Source: Alphaproteobacteria bacterium
GTDB lineage: Bacteria; Pseudomonadota; Alphaproteobacteria; SP197
Direction: 5' to 3'
NCBI GenBank assembly: GCA_964291265.2
Contig: OZ219747.1
Span: 640,001 to 704,000 of the forward strand
DNA: 64,000 nucleotides
Shown here piece by piece: positions 43,867 to 53,426 of the stretch. Both the position numbers and the translations under genes were made by a program. The stretch's first letter is position 1. Each line of letters begins with the position of its first letter. The notes beneath the pieces were generated by a model that had not been told where the DNA came from, did not search any database, and was given only the letters and a program-made list of their open reading frames with translations.

Positions 43867-44138
43867 CGTTGTGCTCCACATTCGGCAAGGTACTCGCCGG
43901 CCGGCCAGGTCCGGAGAATTTCGTCGGTGCGGGTGTCGCGTTCGGCGACGAACCAGTAGGCCGTGGGTGTGTGATACCACCACTCGCGGACGACGCCCGC
44001 GGTGTTGTTCTCGAGGTAGACGTAGTCGACCCACGCGGCGTGGTCACAGTCCGGCGGCGGCAGATGTTCCACCTCGCCGCCGCAGGCGAACTCGGAGATG
44101 TTGCGCGGACCGTTGAGCGGGCACGGCATGATCTTCAT
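43863..44138 (-). CDS. sarcosine-oxidase delta-like subunit (probable N-methylglutamate dehydrogenase B)
   Basis: MKIMPCPLNGPRNISEF, EWWYH.PT.YWF..ERDTRTDEI. Confidence 0.88.
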   Translation of the reverse strand: MKIMPCPLNGPRNISEFACGGEVEHLPPPDCDHAAWVDYVYLENNTAGVVREWWYHTPTAYWFVAERDTRTDEILRTWPAGEYLAECGAQR

Positions 44139-44153
44139 GGTCTGGCAGCCTCC

Positions 44154-45410
44154 TCAGTGACCCACGCTGGCCGCGCCCTTTTCGCCGACCAGGTTGAAGT
44201 CGTGGTAGCGCTGGAGGGAAAACGGCCGAATGAGGTCCCCGACTCTGCCGGTTGCCAGCATGCGCGCATTCTCCTTGCCGCACACCGGCGTGGCCTTGAA
44301 CCCCCACGTCCCCCAGCCGGCGTCGATATGGTAGTTGTCGACGGGGGTCTTTCCCATGATCGGCGCGAAGTCCGGCGTCATGTCGGTCATGCCGGCCCAC
44401 TGCCGCAGCAGCTTCACTTCGGACATGAAGGGGAGCAGCTCCAGAAGGTGCATCATCAGACCTTCCTTGAAGTCGAGTGTCGAGCGCGTCATGTAGACCC
44501 CGTAAGGGTCCGTGGAACCGCCCATGACGAGTTCGCCGCGGGACGACTGGCTGACGTAGACGTGCAGGCTTCCCGAGACGACGATGGCGTCAAGGAAGGG
44601 TTTGAGGGGCTGACTGACACAGGCCTGGAGCGGCACCGTCTTCAGCGGCAGCCTGAAACCCGCCATCGCCGCCACTTCGCCGGACATGCCGGCCACCGCC
44701 TGCAGCACCTTGCCGGCGCGGACAATCCCCCGGTTGGTCTTCACCCCGGTGACGCGTCCCGCGCGGCCGTTGGCTCCGGTTATCTCGAAGCCGGTGACTT
44801 GCGTGTTCTGGTGAATGTGGACGCCGCGGCGCGCCGCGCCGGCGCCATAGCCCCATGCCACCGCATCGTGGCGGGCGATGGCTCCGGGTGCATGGTAGAG
44901 CGCCCCGAGGATGGGGTAGCGGACATCCTCGGAATAATCGAGCTGGGGCACCATCTTCATGAGATCGTCCCGCATCACGAGTTCCGATTCGATTCCGAAG
45001 TGCTTGTTGACCTCGGCTCTCCACCGCATGGTCCTGATGGCGCTGTCCGTATGCGCCAGGGTGTAGTGTCCGCGCTCCGAGTAGAGGATGTTCATGTCGA
45101 AGTCGTTGGAAAGGTCCCTGTAGAGCCTCACCGACTCGTCGTAGAATTTCACGCCCTCCGGTGTCAGGTAGTTCGAACGGATGATCGCCGTGTTGCGGCC
45201 GGTGTTGCCGCCGCCGATGTACCCGCGTTCAAGCACGGCGACATCGGTGATCCCGTGATCGACGGCAAGATAGTAGGCGGTCGCCAGGCCGTGACCGCCA
45301 CCGCCGACGATGACGATGTCGTACGAGTCCTTCAGGTCTCCGGGTTCGGGAAAGGCCTCCGGGACGCTGCGACGCCGGATGAGACCGTGTTTGAGCAGGC
45401 CGAATGGCAT
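44154..45410 (-). CDS. sarcosine-oxidase beta-like FAD subunit (probable N-methylglutamate dehydrogenase A)
   Basis: GGGGHGLA, GGNTGRNTAIIRSNYLTPEG, GWGTWGFKATP, EKGAASVGH. Confidence 0.88.
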   Translation of the reverse strand: MPFGLLKHGLIRRRSVPEAFPEPGDLKDSYDIVIVGGGGHGLATAYYLAVDHGITDVAVLERGYIGGGNTGRNTAIIRSNYLTPEGVKFYDESVRLYRDLSNDFDMNILYSERGHYTLAHTDSAIRTMRWRAEVNKHFGIESELVMRDDLMKMVPQLDYSEDVRYPILGALYHAPGAIARHDAVAWGYGAGAARRGVHIHQNTQVTGFEITGANGRAGRVTGVKTNRGIVRAGKVLQAVAGMSGEVAAMAGFRLPLKTVPLQACVSQPLKPFLDAIVVSGSLHVYVSQSSRGELVMGGSTDPYGVYMTRSTLDFKEGLMMHLLELLPFMSEVKLLRQWAGMTDMTPDFAPIMGKTPVDNYHIDAGWGTWGFKATPVCGKENARMLATGRVGDLIRPFSLQRYHDFNLVGEKGAASVGH

Positions 45411-45483
45411 GGAGGATTCGCTCCTCGCAGGAAGGCGCAGGTGTATACCAGAGGCCGGACCCTGTCCATGGCGCCGGAGAGTC

Positions 45484-45867
45484 TCAGGTCGATGTTCCGG
45501 CAAGCATCGGACCGAGATCGTTCCCGGCAAGGATATGGACATGGAAGTGCGGAACGACCTGGTGACCGTCCCGGCCCTGGTTGGTGATCAGCCTGTGGCC
45601 ACGGTCATGAACCGCGAGCTCATCGCAAACCGCCGCCACGGTCCTCCAGAAGGCGACAATCTCCGCGTCGCAGGCGTTGCGGTGGAAGTCGTCGTGGGCA
45701 ATGTAGCGCCCCTTGGGGATGACAAGCACATGTTCGGGAGCCTGGGGCGCGATGTCCCTGAAGGCGAGCGCGTGATCGTCCTCCCGGATCCTGGTGCAGG
45801 GAAGCTCGCCGCGCAGGATCTTCGCGAAGATGTTGTCGTCGTCATACGCGTCGAAATCGATCGCCAT
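45484..45867 (-). CDS. HIT family nucleotide-binding protein
   Basis: YDDDNIFAKILRGELPC, DIAPQAPEHVLVIPK, QVVPHFHVHI. Confidence 0.92.
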   Translation of the reverse strand: MAIDFDAYDDDNIFAKILRGELPCTRIREDDHALAFRDIAPQAPEHVLVIPKGRYIAHDDFHRNACDAEIVAFWRTVAAVCDELAVHDRGHRLITNQGRDGHQVVPHFHVHILAGNDLGPMLAGTST

Positions 45868-45911
45868 GGATTCTCGTTCCGGCTGCATCCATGTCCTATC
45901 AAGCAGAAACC

Positions 45912-46628
45912 TCAGTCCGCATCAAGCGCGTATCCCGCCGTGCGGACAGTGCGTATGAGTTCGCCTCCGCCGGTCGCGTTGAGCGCCTTCCTCAACCGAC
46001 CGATATGCACATCGACGGTTCTGTCACCGATGAACGTGTCGATACCCCAGACCCTGTCGAGAATCTGCTCGCGACCGAACACCCGCCCCGGGTTCTCCAT
46101 GAAGAGTCTGAGGATGGCGAACTCCTTCGGCCCGAGATGAATGCGCTGGCCGGTACGCACGACACGCCGCCCGACAAGGTCCATGACGAGGTCGCAACAG
46201 GCCAGGGATTCGCCGGCCAGGGCCGGTCGGATACGGCGCAGCACGGCGCGCACGCGGGCCAGAAGCTCGGAAGGCGCAAAGGGCTTGGGCACATAGTCGT
46301 CGGCGCCGACATCGAGTCCCCTGACGCGGTCGGCTCCGTCGGCCCGCGCCGTCAGCATGATGACCGGAAGATGCGACAGCTTGCGATCGCGGCGGATGCG
46401 CCGGCAGACCTCCAGCCCGCTCAGGGACGGCAGCATCCAGTCGAGGATGACGATGTCCGGGTTTTCCTCCTCGGCGAGGAGGAGCGCCTCGCGTCCGTCA
46501 CCGCAGGTCAGGACCTCGAAACCCCCGGCCTCCAGGTTGTAGCGCACCAGTTCGAGGATCGGCGCCTCGTCATCGACGACGAGGGCGGTGGCTTCACGTC
46601 CCTCGACGACCGTTGTCGACTGTCTCAC
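45912..46628 (-). CDS. phoB: phosphate regulon response regulator
   Basis: Receiver domain LDWMLP, GADDYVPKPF, OmpR-type DBD RTVDVHIGRLRK..IRTVR.AGY; follows phoU. Confidence 0.92.
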   Translation of the reverse strand: MRQSTTVVEGREATALVVDDEAPILELVRYNLEAGGFEVLTCGDGREALLLAEEENPDIVILDWMLPSLSGLEVCRRIRRDRKLSHLPVIMLTARADGADRVRGLDVGADDYVPKPFAPSELLARVRAVLRRIRPALAGESLACCDLVMDLVGRRVVRTGQRIHLGPKEFAILRLFMENPGRVFGREQILDRVWGIDTFIGDRTVDVHIGRLRKALNATGGGELIRTVRTAGYALDAD

Positions 46629-47325
46629 CTTCCACTCCGATCACGGAATCTGCCTTGGGTCGGTCACGGTCCGGCACGTGGCCCAGAATCATGTAGGTCA
46701 CCATCTCGGCAATGTTGGTGGCGTGGTCGCCGATGCGCTCGATGTTCTTGGCCATGAAATGGACCTGGGTTCCGGACGCGATGAGTTTCGGGTCGGCGAT
46801 CATGTCGGCGAGGATGGCGAGGAAGACGGAACTGTACATCTCGTCGATGAACTCGTCCTGACGCCACACCCGCTCGGCCAGATCGGCATCGCCGTCGCGG
46901 AACGCGTTCATGACGTCGGTCGTCATGTTGTAGACCGCTGCACCCAGCCGCCTCAGGGCCTCGCGTTGCGGTATTGTCTCGGTGTCCTCGACGATGAGGA
47001 TGCGCTTGGAGACATTGGCTGCAAGATCGCCCATGCGCTCCAGATTGCTGGCCGACTTCAGCGCCGTCTTGATGCGCCGCAGGTCTTCGGCCATGGGCTG
47101 GCGCAGCGCCACGATGCGCGTGACCAGCTCATCCACCTCACGCTCATGCGCATCGACCCTCTGGTCGATGTCGATGATGTTCTGGGCAAGGGTGCGATTT
47201 CCGTCCGCCAGGGCCTGCATGGCGTTGCGGATCTGGTCTTCCACCATTCCGCCCATGGCGAGAACGCGGTTCGTGACCTCCTCGAGTTCGGAATCGTAGG
47301 AACGGACGGTGTGCTGGACAGTCAT
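46594..47325 (-). CDS. phoU: phosphate signalling protein PhoU
   Basis: HTVRSYDSEL, ALRQPMAEDLR, LERMGD, KNIERIGDHATNIAE. Confidence 0.94.
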   Translation of the reverse strand: MTVQHTVRSYDSELEEVTNRVLAMGGMVEDQIRNAMQALADGNRTLAQNIIDIDQRVDAHEREVDELVTRIVALRQPMAEDLRRIKTALKSASNLERMGDLAANVSKRILIVEDTETIPQREALRRLGAAVYNMTTDVMNAFRDGDADLAERVWRQDEFIDEMYSSVFLAILADMIADPKLIASGTQVHFMAKNIERIGDHATNIAEMVTYMILGHVPDRDRPKADSVIGVEGETVDNGRRGT

Positions 47326-47348
47326 GGGAATCCCTCGGCCGGGTGTGC

Positions 47349-48137
47349 TCATCCGAACCTCCCGGTGATATAGTCCTCGGTCATGGATTCGGTCGGGCTC
47401 TGGAAGAATTCGGCCGTGCCGTTGACCTCGATCAGCCGGCCAAGGTGAAAGAAGGCGGTCAACTGGGAGACCCGTGCCGCCTGTTGCAGGTTGTGGGTGA
47501 CGATGATGATCGTGTAGTTCGTCCGCAGTTCGTCGATCAGTTCCTCGATATGCGCCGTGGAGATCGGATCGAGGGCCGAGCATGGTTCGTCCATCAGGAT
47601 CACCTCGGGCGACACGGCGATCGAACGGGCGATGCACAGGCGCTGCTGCTGGCCCCCGGACATGCCGGTTGCCAGGTCATTCAGGCGTCCGCTGACCTCG
47701 TCCCACAGTCCGGCCCCGCGCAGACTCGATTCGACGATGTCGTCGAGTTCGCGCCGGTTGGCGGCAAGTCCGTGGATACGCGGGCCATAGGCAACGTTGT
47801 CATAGATCGATTTCGGGAAGGGATTGGGTTTCTGGAACACCATGCCGACCCGCGCCCGCAACTGCACGACATCGACCGAGCGGTCATTGACGTCAATACC
47901 GTCAAGGGTGACGCTGCCGTCGGTTCTCACCCCTTCAACCGTGTCGTTCATGCGATTGAGACACTTCAGGAAGGTGGTCTTGCCGCAACCGGACGGGCCG
48001 ATGAGGGCCGTGACCTGGTTCTCGGGCATGTCGAGATCAATGCCCATCAGGGCCTGCTTGTCGCCGTACCACAGCTTGAGACCGCGCGACATCATCTTGG
48101 CGCCCGGAACCTTCCGGATGTCTGCTTGCTCTACCAT
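47349..48137 (-). CDS. pstB: phosphate ABC transporter ATPase
   Basis: [54 protein letters not shown]. Confidence 0.96.
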   Translation of the reverse strand: MVEQADIRKVPGAKMMSRGLKLWYGDKQALMGIDLDMPENQVTALIGPSGCGKTTFLKCLNRMNDTVEGVRTDGSVTLDGIDVNDRSVDVVQLRARVGMVFQKPNPFPKSIYDNVAYGPRIHGLAANRRELDDIVESSLRGAGLWDEVSGRLNDLATGMSGGQQQRLCIARSIAVSPEVILMDEPCSALDPISTAHIEELIDELRTNYTIIIVTHNLQQAARVSQLTAFFHLGRLIEVNGTAEFFQSPTESMTEDYITGRFG

Positions 48138-49417
48138 CTGATTTCGAACCTCTGCCTGAGATAGACCGCAAGCCCGTTCATGGCGACGAGGAAAAGCAGC
48201 AGAACCATGATGGCTGCCGAGGTCTTTTCCACGAAACCGCGCTCCGGACTGTCCGCCCACAGGAACACCTGGACCGGAAGCGCCGTGGCGGCGGCGGTCG
48301 GACCGGACGGCAGGTCGACGACGAACGCCACCATGCCGATCATGAGAAGGGGCGCCGACTCGCCGAGCGCCTGCGCCATGCCGATGATCGTTCCCGTGAG
48401 GATGCGCGGCATGGCGAGGGGGAGGACATGGTGCGACACCACCTGGACGGGGGAGGCGCCGATCGCGAGAGCCGCATCCCTGATGGAGGGTGGTATCCCC
48501 TTCAGCGCTGCCCGTGTGGCGATGATGATCGTCGGCAAGGTCATCAGGGCCAGGGTGAGGCCGCCAACGACCGGCGCCGACCGCGGCAGGTGCATGACGT
48601 TCAGAAAGACGGCGAGACCGAGCAGGCCGAAGACGATCGAGGGAACGGCGGCGAGGTTGTTGATAGTGACCTCGATGATGTCGACCCAGCGGCGCTTCGG
48701 CGCAAACTCCTCGAGAAAGACCGCCGCGCCCACTCCGGTCGGGAACGACGCCAGGAAGGTGACGAGGAGGATCCAGAACGATCCCAGGACGGCGCCGCCG
48801 ATACCTGCGAGTTCCGGTTCGCGTGAGTCTCCGCTCAGGAGGAAGGTCCAGTTGAAGACGGTCGCCAGGTCGCCGGCCTCATCGATGGCGTCGATCCAGG
48901 CCATGGTCCGGTCGTCGATCAGCCGCAGTTCCTGCGGAGCGGAACGATCGACGTAGCCCTTGTTGAGCATGTCGACCTCGGTTGCCGCCGGGAGCCACAG
49001 CTCCAGCGAGGCGTCGGCGAGCGACGGGTCGTCGACGAGAGCTTCCCGCACGTCGTAGATGGCCTGGTTCGACACGACACCGAGCAGCGCGCGCAGTTCC
49101 CTGCGTTCCGTCACCTCCGGGAACTTCTCGCGCAGGGCGTCGAGAATGATCATGCGGAAGTTGCCGTTCGCCGGATTGTCCCCATCGATGTGCTCTCGGG
49201 AATAGGTCACCTCGAGCCGCATCTCGGTGGTGAGGAACCCCGACCAGCCATTGAGAACGATGGAGCCGAGGAGGATCACCAGGAAGACGCCGGTCAGTCC
49301 CAGGGCCGAGACGGACATGATCCTGAAGCTGCGTTCCCGTGCGTAACGCCGCCTCAGGCGTCGGCTGGACACGCCGCTCTGGTGAACGGACATCATCGGC
49401 TGTGCCATGTCAGTCAT
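48131..49417 (-). CDS. pstA: phosphate ABC permease PstA
   Basis: [34 protein letters not shown]. Confidence 0.95.
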   Translation of the reverse strand: MTDMAQPMMSVHQSGVSSRRLRRRYARERSFRIMSVSALGLTGVFLVILLGSIVLNGWSGFLTTEMRLEVTYSREHIDGDNPANGNFRMIILDALREKFPEVTERRELRALLGVVSNQAIYDVREALVDDPSLADASLELWLPAATEVDMLNKGYVDRSAPQELRLIDDRTMAWIDAIDEAGDLATVFNWTFLLSGDSREPELAGIGGAVLGSFWILLVTFLASFPTGVGAAVFLEEFAPKRRWVDIIEVTINNLAAVPSIVFGLLGLAVFLNVMHLPRSAPVVGGLTLALMTLPTIIIATRAALKGIPPSIRDAALAIGASPVQVVSHHVLPLAMPRILTGTIIGMAQALGESAPLLMIGMVAFVVDLPSGPTAAATALPVQVFLWADSPERGFVEKTSAAIMVLLLFLVAMNGLAVYLRQRFEIRW

Positions 49418-50792
49418 ATTTTTCCCGGTACTTCTGCACCACGCGCAGCGCGACAACGTTGAGTCCCAGCGTCACCACGAAGAGAGTCAGGCCAAGCGCG
49501 AAGGCGGCAAGGGTCTTGGCGCTGTCGAACTCCTGATCACCGACGAGGAGCGTCACGATCTGCACGGTCACGGTGGTGACAGCCTCGAGGGGGTTCGCCG
49601 TGAGATTGGCTGCAAGGCCTGCCGCCATGACCACGATCATGGTCTCTCCGATGGCCCGGCTCACCGCCAGCAGGAACCCGGCAACGATCCCGGGAAGGGC
49701 CGCGGGAATGACGATGCGTGTCACCGTCTCCTGATGCGTTGCACCGAGACCCAGGGAGGCGTCGCGCAAGTCGCCGGGCACCGCGGCGAGGGCATCGTCG
49801 GTGAGCGATGAGACGAAGGGAATGATCATCATGCCCATGACCAGTCCCGCCGCCAGGGCGCTTTCCGAGGCCACGTCGAGACCGATGCCGATTCCGGCCT
49901 CGCGCAGCGTCGGGGCAACGATCAGCGCGGCGAAGAAGCCGTAGACCACCGTGGGAATGCCGGCAAGGACCTCGAGCATCGGCTTGGCCACCGCCCGGTG
50001 GCGTGGGTCGGCATACTCGGCCAGGTAGACCGCCGAAAGGAGTCCGACAGGCCCGGCCACGAGCATGGCGATGAGGGTGACGAGAAGTGTGCCCGTGAAG
50101 AGCGGCACCGCGCCGAAGGCCCCTGATGATCCCACCTGGTCCTCCCTCAGGGCGATCTGCGGACTCCACTTCACCCCGAACAGGAAGTCGAGGAACGGCA
50201 CCTTGTCAAAGAAGCGGATCGCCTCGAAGAGCACCGAAAAGACAATGCCCGCCGTCGTCAGAACGGAAATCGCCGCCGCCGCAAGGAGCACGATGAGAAG
50301 CACGCGTTCGACCGGCTGCCGTGTCCGTCTCGAGACGTCGATCCGGCGCATCGCGAATCCGGCCGCGACGAGTCCGAGACCCAGGGCCGCACCAAACCCC
50401 ACCCGGTGCTCGAAGAGGCCGAGTTGCCTGAAGGAGGCGGCCGCCGCCTCGAGTTCCGGCGTCACCTCGATCGTTGGAGTGCCGCCGTCAGAGAGTGTTT
50501 CGGCATCGTTCAGGAAACGTTGCAGGACCGGAGCCGAGGCCTCCTGGAGTTCTCCGGGAAGCGCGGCCACGATGGCCCTGTCAATCATCCAGTCGCCGGC
50601 CAGGAGAACCAGGAGCCAGAGGGACACCGCCGGCAAGCCGCAGGCCAGTGCGACATACCAGCCGTGATAGACCGGACGGGAGTGAAGGGCGGACGTCCGA
50701 CCTCCCGTGATGGCAACCGCTTTCCTTCGCCCGAGAAAGTAGGCTGCTGCCGCAAGGCAGATCAGCACCAGGGTGAGGATCGTCTGGGTCAC
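49410..50792 (-). CDS. pstC: phosphate ABC permease PstC
   Basis: LHSRPVYHG, KPMLEVLAGIPTVVYG, SRAIGETMIV. Confidence 0.95.
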   Translation of the reverse strand: MTQTILTLVLICLAAAAYFLGRRKAVAITGGRTSALHSRPVYHGWYVALACGLPAVSLWLLVLLAGDWMIDRAIVAALPGELQEASAPVLQRFLNDAETLSDGGTPTIEVTPELEAAAASFRQLGLFEHRVGFGAALGLGLVAAGFAMRRIDVSRRTRQPVERVLLIVLLAAAAISVLTTAGIVFSVLFEAIRFFDKVPFLDFLFGVKWSPQIALREDQVGSSGAFGAVPLFTGTLLVTLIAMLVAGPVGLLSAVYLAEYADPRHRAVAKPMLEVLAGIPTVVYGFFAALIVAPTLREAGIGIGLDVASESALAAGLVMGMMIIPFVSSLTDDALAAVPGDLRDASLGLGATHQETVTRIVIPAALPGIVAGFLLAVSRAIGETMIVVMAAGLAANLTANPLEAVTTVTVQIVTLLVGDQEFDSAKTLAAFALGLTLFVVTLGLNVVALRVVQKYREKYD

Positions 50793-50892
50793 GGTCCGCT
50801 CACTCCCCGGAGTGTGGTGGGCTCATCCGAACAGGGACAAGGTGCCGGAGACCGCTTGCAGGTCCCCGGCGCTTCGGGAATCACTCAGCGTA

Positions 50893-51939
50893 TCACATGC
50901 CGAGAGGCGTGGCGGCATTCGCCGACGCCGCCATGGCTGCCCGCTCTTCGTCGGGAAGCGGGATCAGGCCCTTGTCCGCAAGGTAACCGAAGGAACCCCA
51001 GGCGTCGTCACTGGTGAACTCGGCCACGAACTCGGCGATGCCCGGAACGACATCGATGTGGGCGTTCTTGACGTAAAAATAGAGCGAACGCGACACCGGA
51101 TAGTCGCCTGAGGCGATGTTGTCGAACGTCGGTTCGACACCGTTCATCATCGACCCCTGGATCTTGTTGATGTTCTGATCGAGGAAGGAAAAGCCGAAGA
51201 TGCCGAAGGCGTCCGGATCGGCTTCGAGTTTCTGGACAATCAGGTTGTCGTTTTCGCCGGCCTCGATGAAGGCGCCGTCCTCGCGGATCGAGGCACAGAT
51301 GCTCTCGAAACGGTCTTCATCCGATTCCTCGATCATGACGACGGCTTCAAAGTGCTCGCATCCCTCTTCCATGACGAGCTCGACGAAGGCGTCACGCGTG
51401 CCGGAGGTCGGCGGCGGGCCCATGACCCTGATGGCGACGGCGGGCAGCGAGTCGTTGATCTCGTTCCACATCGTGTAGGGATTGGCGACGATGTCGCCAT
51501 GCGCATCGGGAACCTCGGCCGCAAGGGCAAGCCACAGGTCCGGAATGTCGATGGCGAGCTGGCCCGCGCCACGCGAGTTGCCGATCACGATTCCGTCGAA
51601 ACCGATCATGACTTCGGTGATGTCCGCGATGCCGTTCCCGGCGCAGCGCTCGACCTCGCTGGACTTGATGCGGCGCGAGGCGTTCGTGATGTCGGGATGC
51701 TCGAAGCCGATGCCGGCACAGAAGAGCTTCAGTCCGCCGCCCGAGCCGGTCGACTCGACAACGGGTGTCGGAAAGTCGCTGTTCTGGCCGAATTGTTCGG
51801 CAACAGCGGTCGAGAACGGAAACACGGTCGACGAACCGACGATCCTGATCGTATCCCGCGCATCCTGCGCGGCCGCCGCAAGGGCCGTCAGGGTACTGAC
51901 GCCTGCAGCGAGGACAACATTCAACACTCTGGACTTCAT
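50893..51939 (-). CDS. pstS: phosphate ABC substrate-binding protein
   Basis: Signal peptide, IVGSSTVFPF, ESTGSGGG, GPPPTSGTRDAF, YPVSRSLYFY. Confidence 0.95.
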   Translation of the reverse strand: MKSRVLNVVLAAGVSTLTALAAAAQDARDTIRIVGSSTVFPFSTAVAEQFGQNSDFPTPVVESTGSGGGLKLFCAGIGFEHPDITNASRRIKSSEVERCAGNGIADITEVMIGFDGIVIGNSRGAGQLAIDIPDLWLALAAEVPDAHGDIVANPYTMWNEINDSLPAVAIRVMGPPPTSGTRDAFVELVMEEGCEHFEAVVMIEESDEDRFESICASIREDGAFIEAGENDNLIVQKLEADPDAFGIFGFSFLDQNINKIQGSMMNGVEPTFDNIASGDYPVSRSLYFYVKNAHIDVVPGIAEFVAEFTSDDAWGSFGYLADKGLIPLPDEERAAMAASANAATPLGM

Positions 51940-51983
51940 GTCACGGTCCCCCATGGGTTGACGGTTAGGGTGCATCGGTGCGC

Positions 51984-52017
51984 ACCCTAGGGGGACTTCA
52001 TGACACTTTCGTGAAAC
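51984..52017 (-). promoter_or_regulatory. Pho box and -10 of pstS (within the phoR 3' end)
   Basis: Minus strand GTTTCAC-GAAA-GTGTCAT, 10-nt spacer, TAGGGT. Confidence 0.75.
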
Positions 52018-53426
52018 ACGGCAGGAAGCCACACCGTGAAGACGGACCCCTGGCCCGGAGTGCTTGCCACGTGCAGTTCGCCGCGATGGCGCGAGAGAAC
52101 GTGCTTGACGATGGCAAGGCCAAGTCCGGTTCCACCGCGTTCACGGCTGCGCGCCTTGTCGACACGGTAGAAACGCTCCGTGAGCCGCGGCAGGTGGTGG
52201 GCCTCGATCCCGTCGCCCTGATCGGTGATTGAAATCCATGCCAGCCGACCGCGCGCAACCCGCAGGTGATCGGGCGCCGTCTCCGCGACGCCGGCGGCAA
52301 GGCTGACCGTGGTCCCCTGCCTGCCGTAACCGATGGCGTTGGCGATGAGATTGTAGAGGGCCTGCTCGATCTCGTCCTCGTCTCCGCGCACCGGCGGCAT
52401 GGAGTCGGGGATATCGAGATCGATGGTCATCGACCGACTGTCGGCGTCGAAGTGCAGCGTGGAGGCGAGGCGCCGGAGCAGCGGCGCAACGGCGACCTCG
52501 CCCGTCGGCTGGGTGTGTTCCCGGACCTCGATGCGAGACAGCGACAGGAGGTCCTCGACCAGGTTCGCCATGCGCCTGCCCTGTGCTTCCATCATCGCGA
52601 GGAACCTGGCGCGCGCCTCGGCATCGTCCCGTGCCGGACCCTTCAGGGTCTCGATGCAGCCGATGAGCGTGGTGAGCGGCGAGCGGATCTCGTGGCTGGC
52701 ATTGGCCACGAAATCCACGCGCATCTGCTCCGTTCTGCGAGCCCCGGTGACATCTTGGCACACCACCATCAGCGCCGCATCGCTGACGCCGGCCGGCAAC
52801 GGTGCGACATCGACGACAAGGTGGCTGTCGACGTGGTCACGGGTCACGACGACTTCCATGACGCTGGAGCGGCCATCGCCGAGGCCCGCCGCGACGGCGC
52901 TGTCGAAACCGGGATCCCGCAGGACCCTGGAAACGTGCTGCCCGGCCCGCAGGTCGCCGAAGACCCGGCCCGCGGCACCGTTGAAACGCACCAGTTCGCT
53001 GTCCTTCGAGACCAGAAGGACAGGCGCGGCCAGGGTGTCAAGCAGGTGATCGTTGTCCCTCGCCAGGCGACGAATGCGCGTGTTCCGTTCATCGAGAGCG
53101 TGCGCCGCTGCGTGAAGGAGAGACTGCAACCGCGAAGCAAGTGGCCCCCTGCGCAGCCGCGGCGGCTCGAGATCAGGCGAGCCGCCCTGCCGGGCAATCC
53201 ACGACCTGATGGTGTCGACGCCCGAAACGAGGGGCCACACCAGCGCCGCGCTTGTCGCCGCCAGGACCACAAGTCCGGCGAGGGCCGCCGTCACGGCAAG
53301 TTCTCCGGCCGCTGCCAGGACCAGGAAAATCCCTGCCTCGACAAGGACCAGGGGCAGAATCAGGCCCATGACGGCACACGGCCCGCCACGCTCACGGACA
53401 CCACTCCACTCTGCGCCGCAGGGCAT
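51987..53426 (-). CDS. phoR: phosphate regulon sensor kinase
   Basis: TM, PAS, DFVANASHEIRSPLT, NLIANA, DQGDGI, RFYRVDKARSRERGGTGLGLAIVKH; start uncertain (53426 or about 53369). Confidence 0.9.
   Translation of the reverse strand: MPCGAEWSGVRERGGPCAVMGLILPLVLVEAGIFLVLAAAGELAVTAALAGLVVLAATSAALVWPLVSGVDTIRSWIARQGGSPDLEPPRLRRGPLASRLQSLLHAAAHALDERNTRIRRLARDNDHLLDTLAAPVLLVSKDSELVRFNGAAGRVFGDLRAGQHVSRVLRDPGFDSAVAAGLGDGRSSVMEVVVTRDHVDSHLVVDVAPLPAGVSDAALMVVCQDVTGARRTEQMRVDFVANASHEIRSPLTTLIGCIETLKGPARDDAEARARFLAMMEAQGRRMANLVEDLLSLSRIEVREHTQPTGEVAVAPLLRRLASTLHFDADSRSMTIDLDIPDSMPPVRGDEDEIEQALYNLIANAIGYGRQGTTVSLAAGVAETAPDHLRVARGRLAWISITDQGDGIEAHHLPRLTERFYRVDKARSRERGGTGLGLAIVKHVLSRHRGELHVASTPGQGSVFTVWLPAVFHESVMKSP

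Noticed and set aside
41230-43959. Long antisense ORFs (909 aa here; similarly 3533-5521, 6846-8831, 13454-15535, 31116-32825, 53918-55720, 57719-59623)
   Set aside because: Lie opposite well-supported genes, lack motifs and are expected from GC-rich codon bias.
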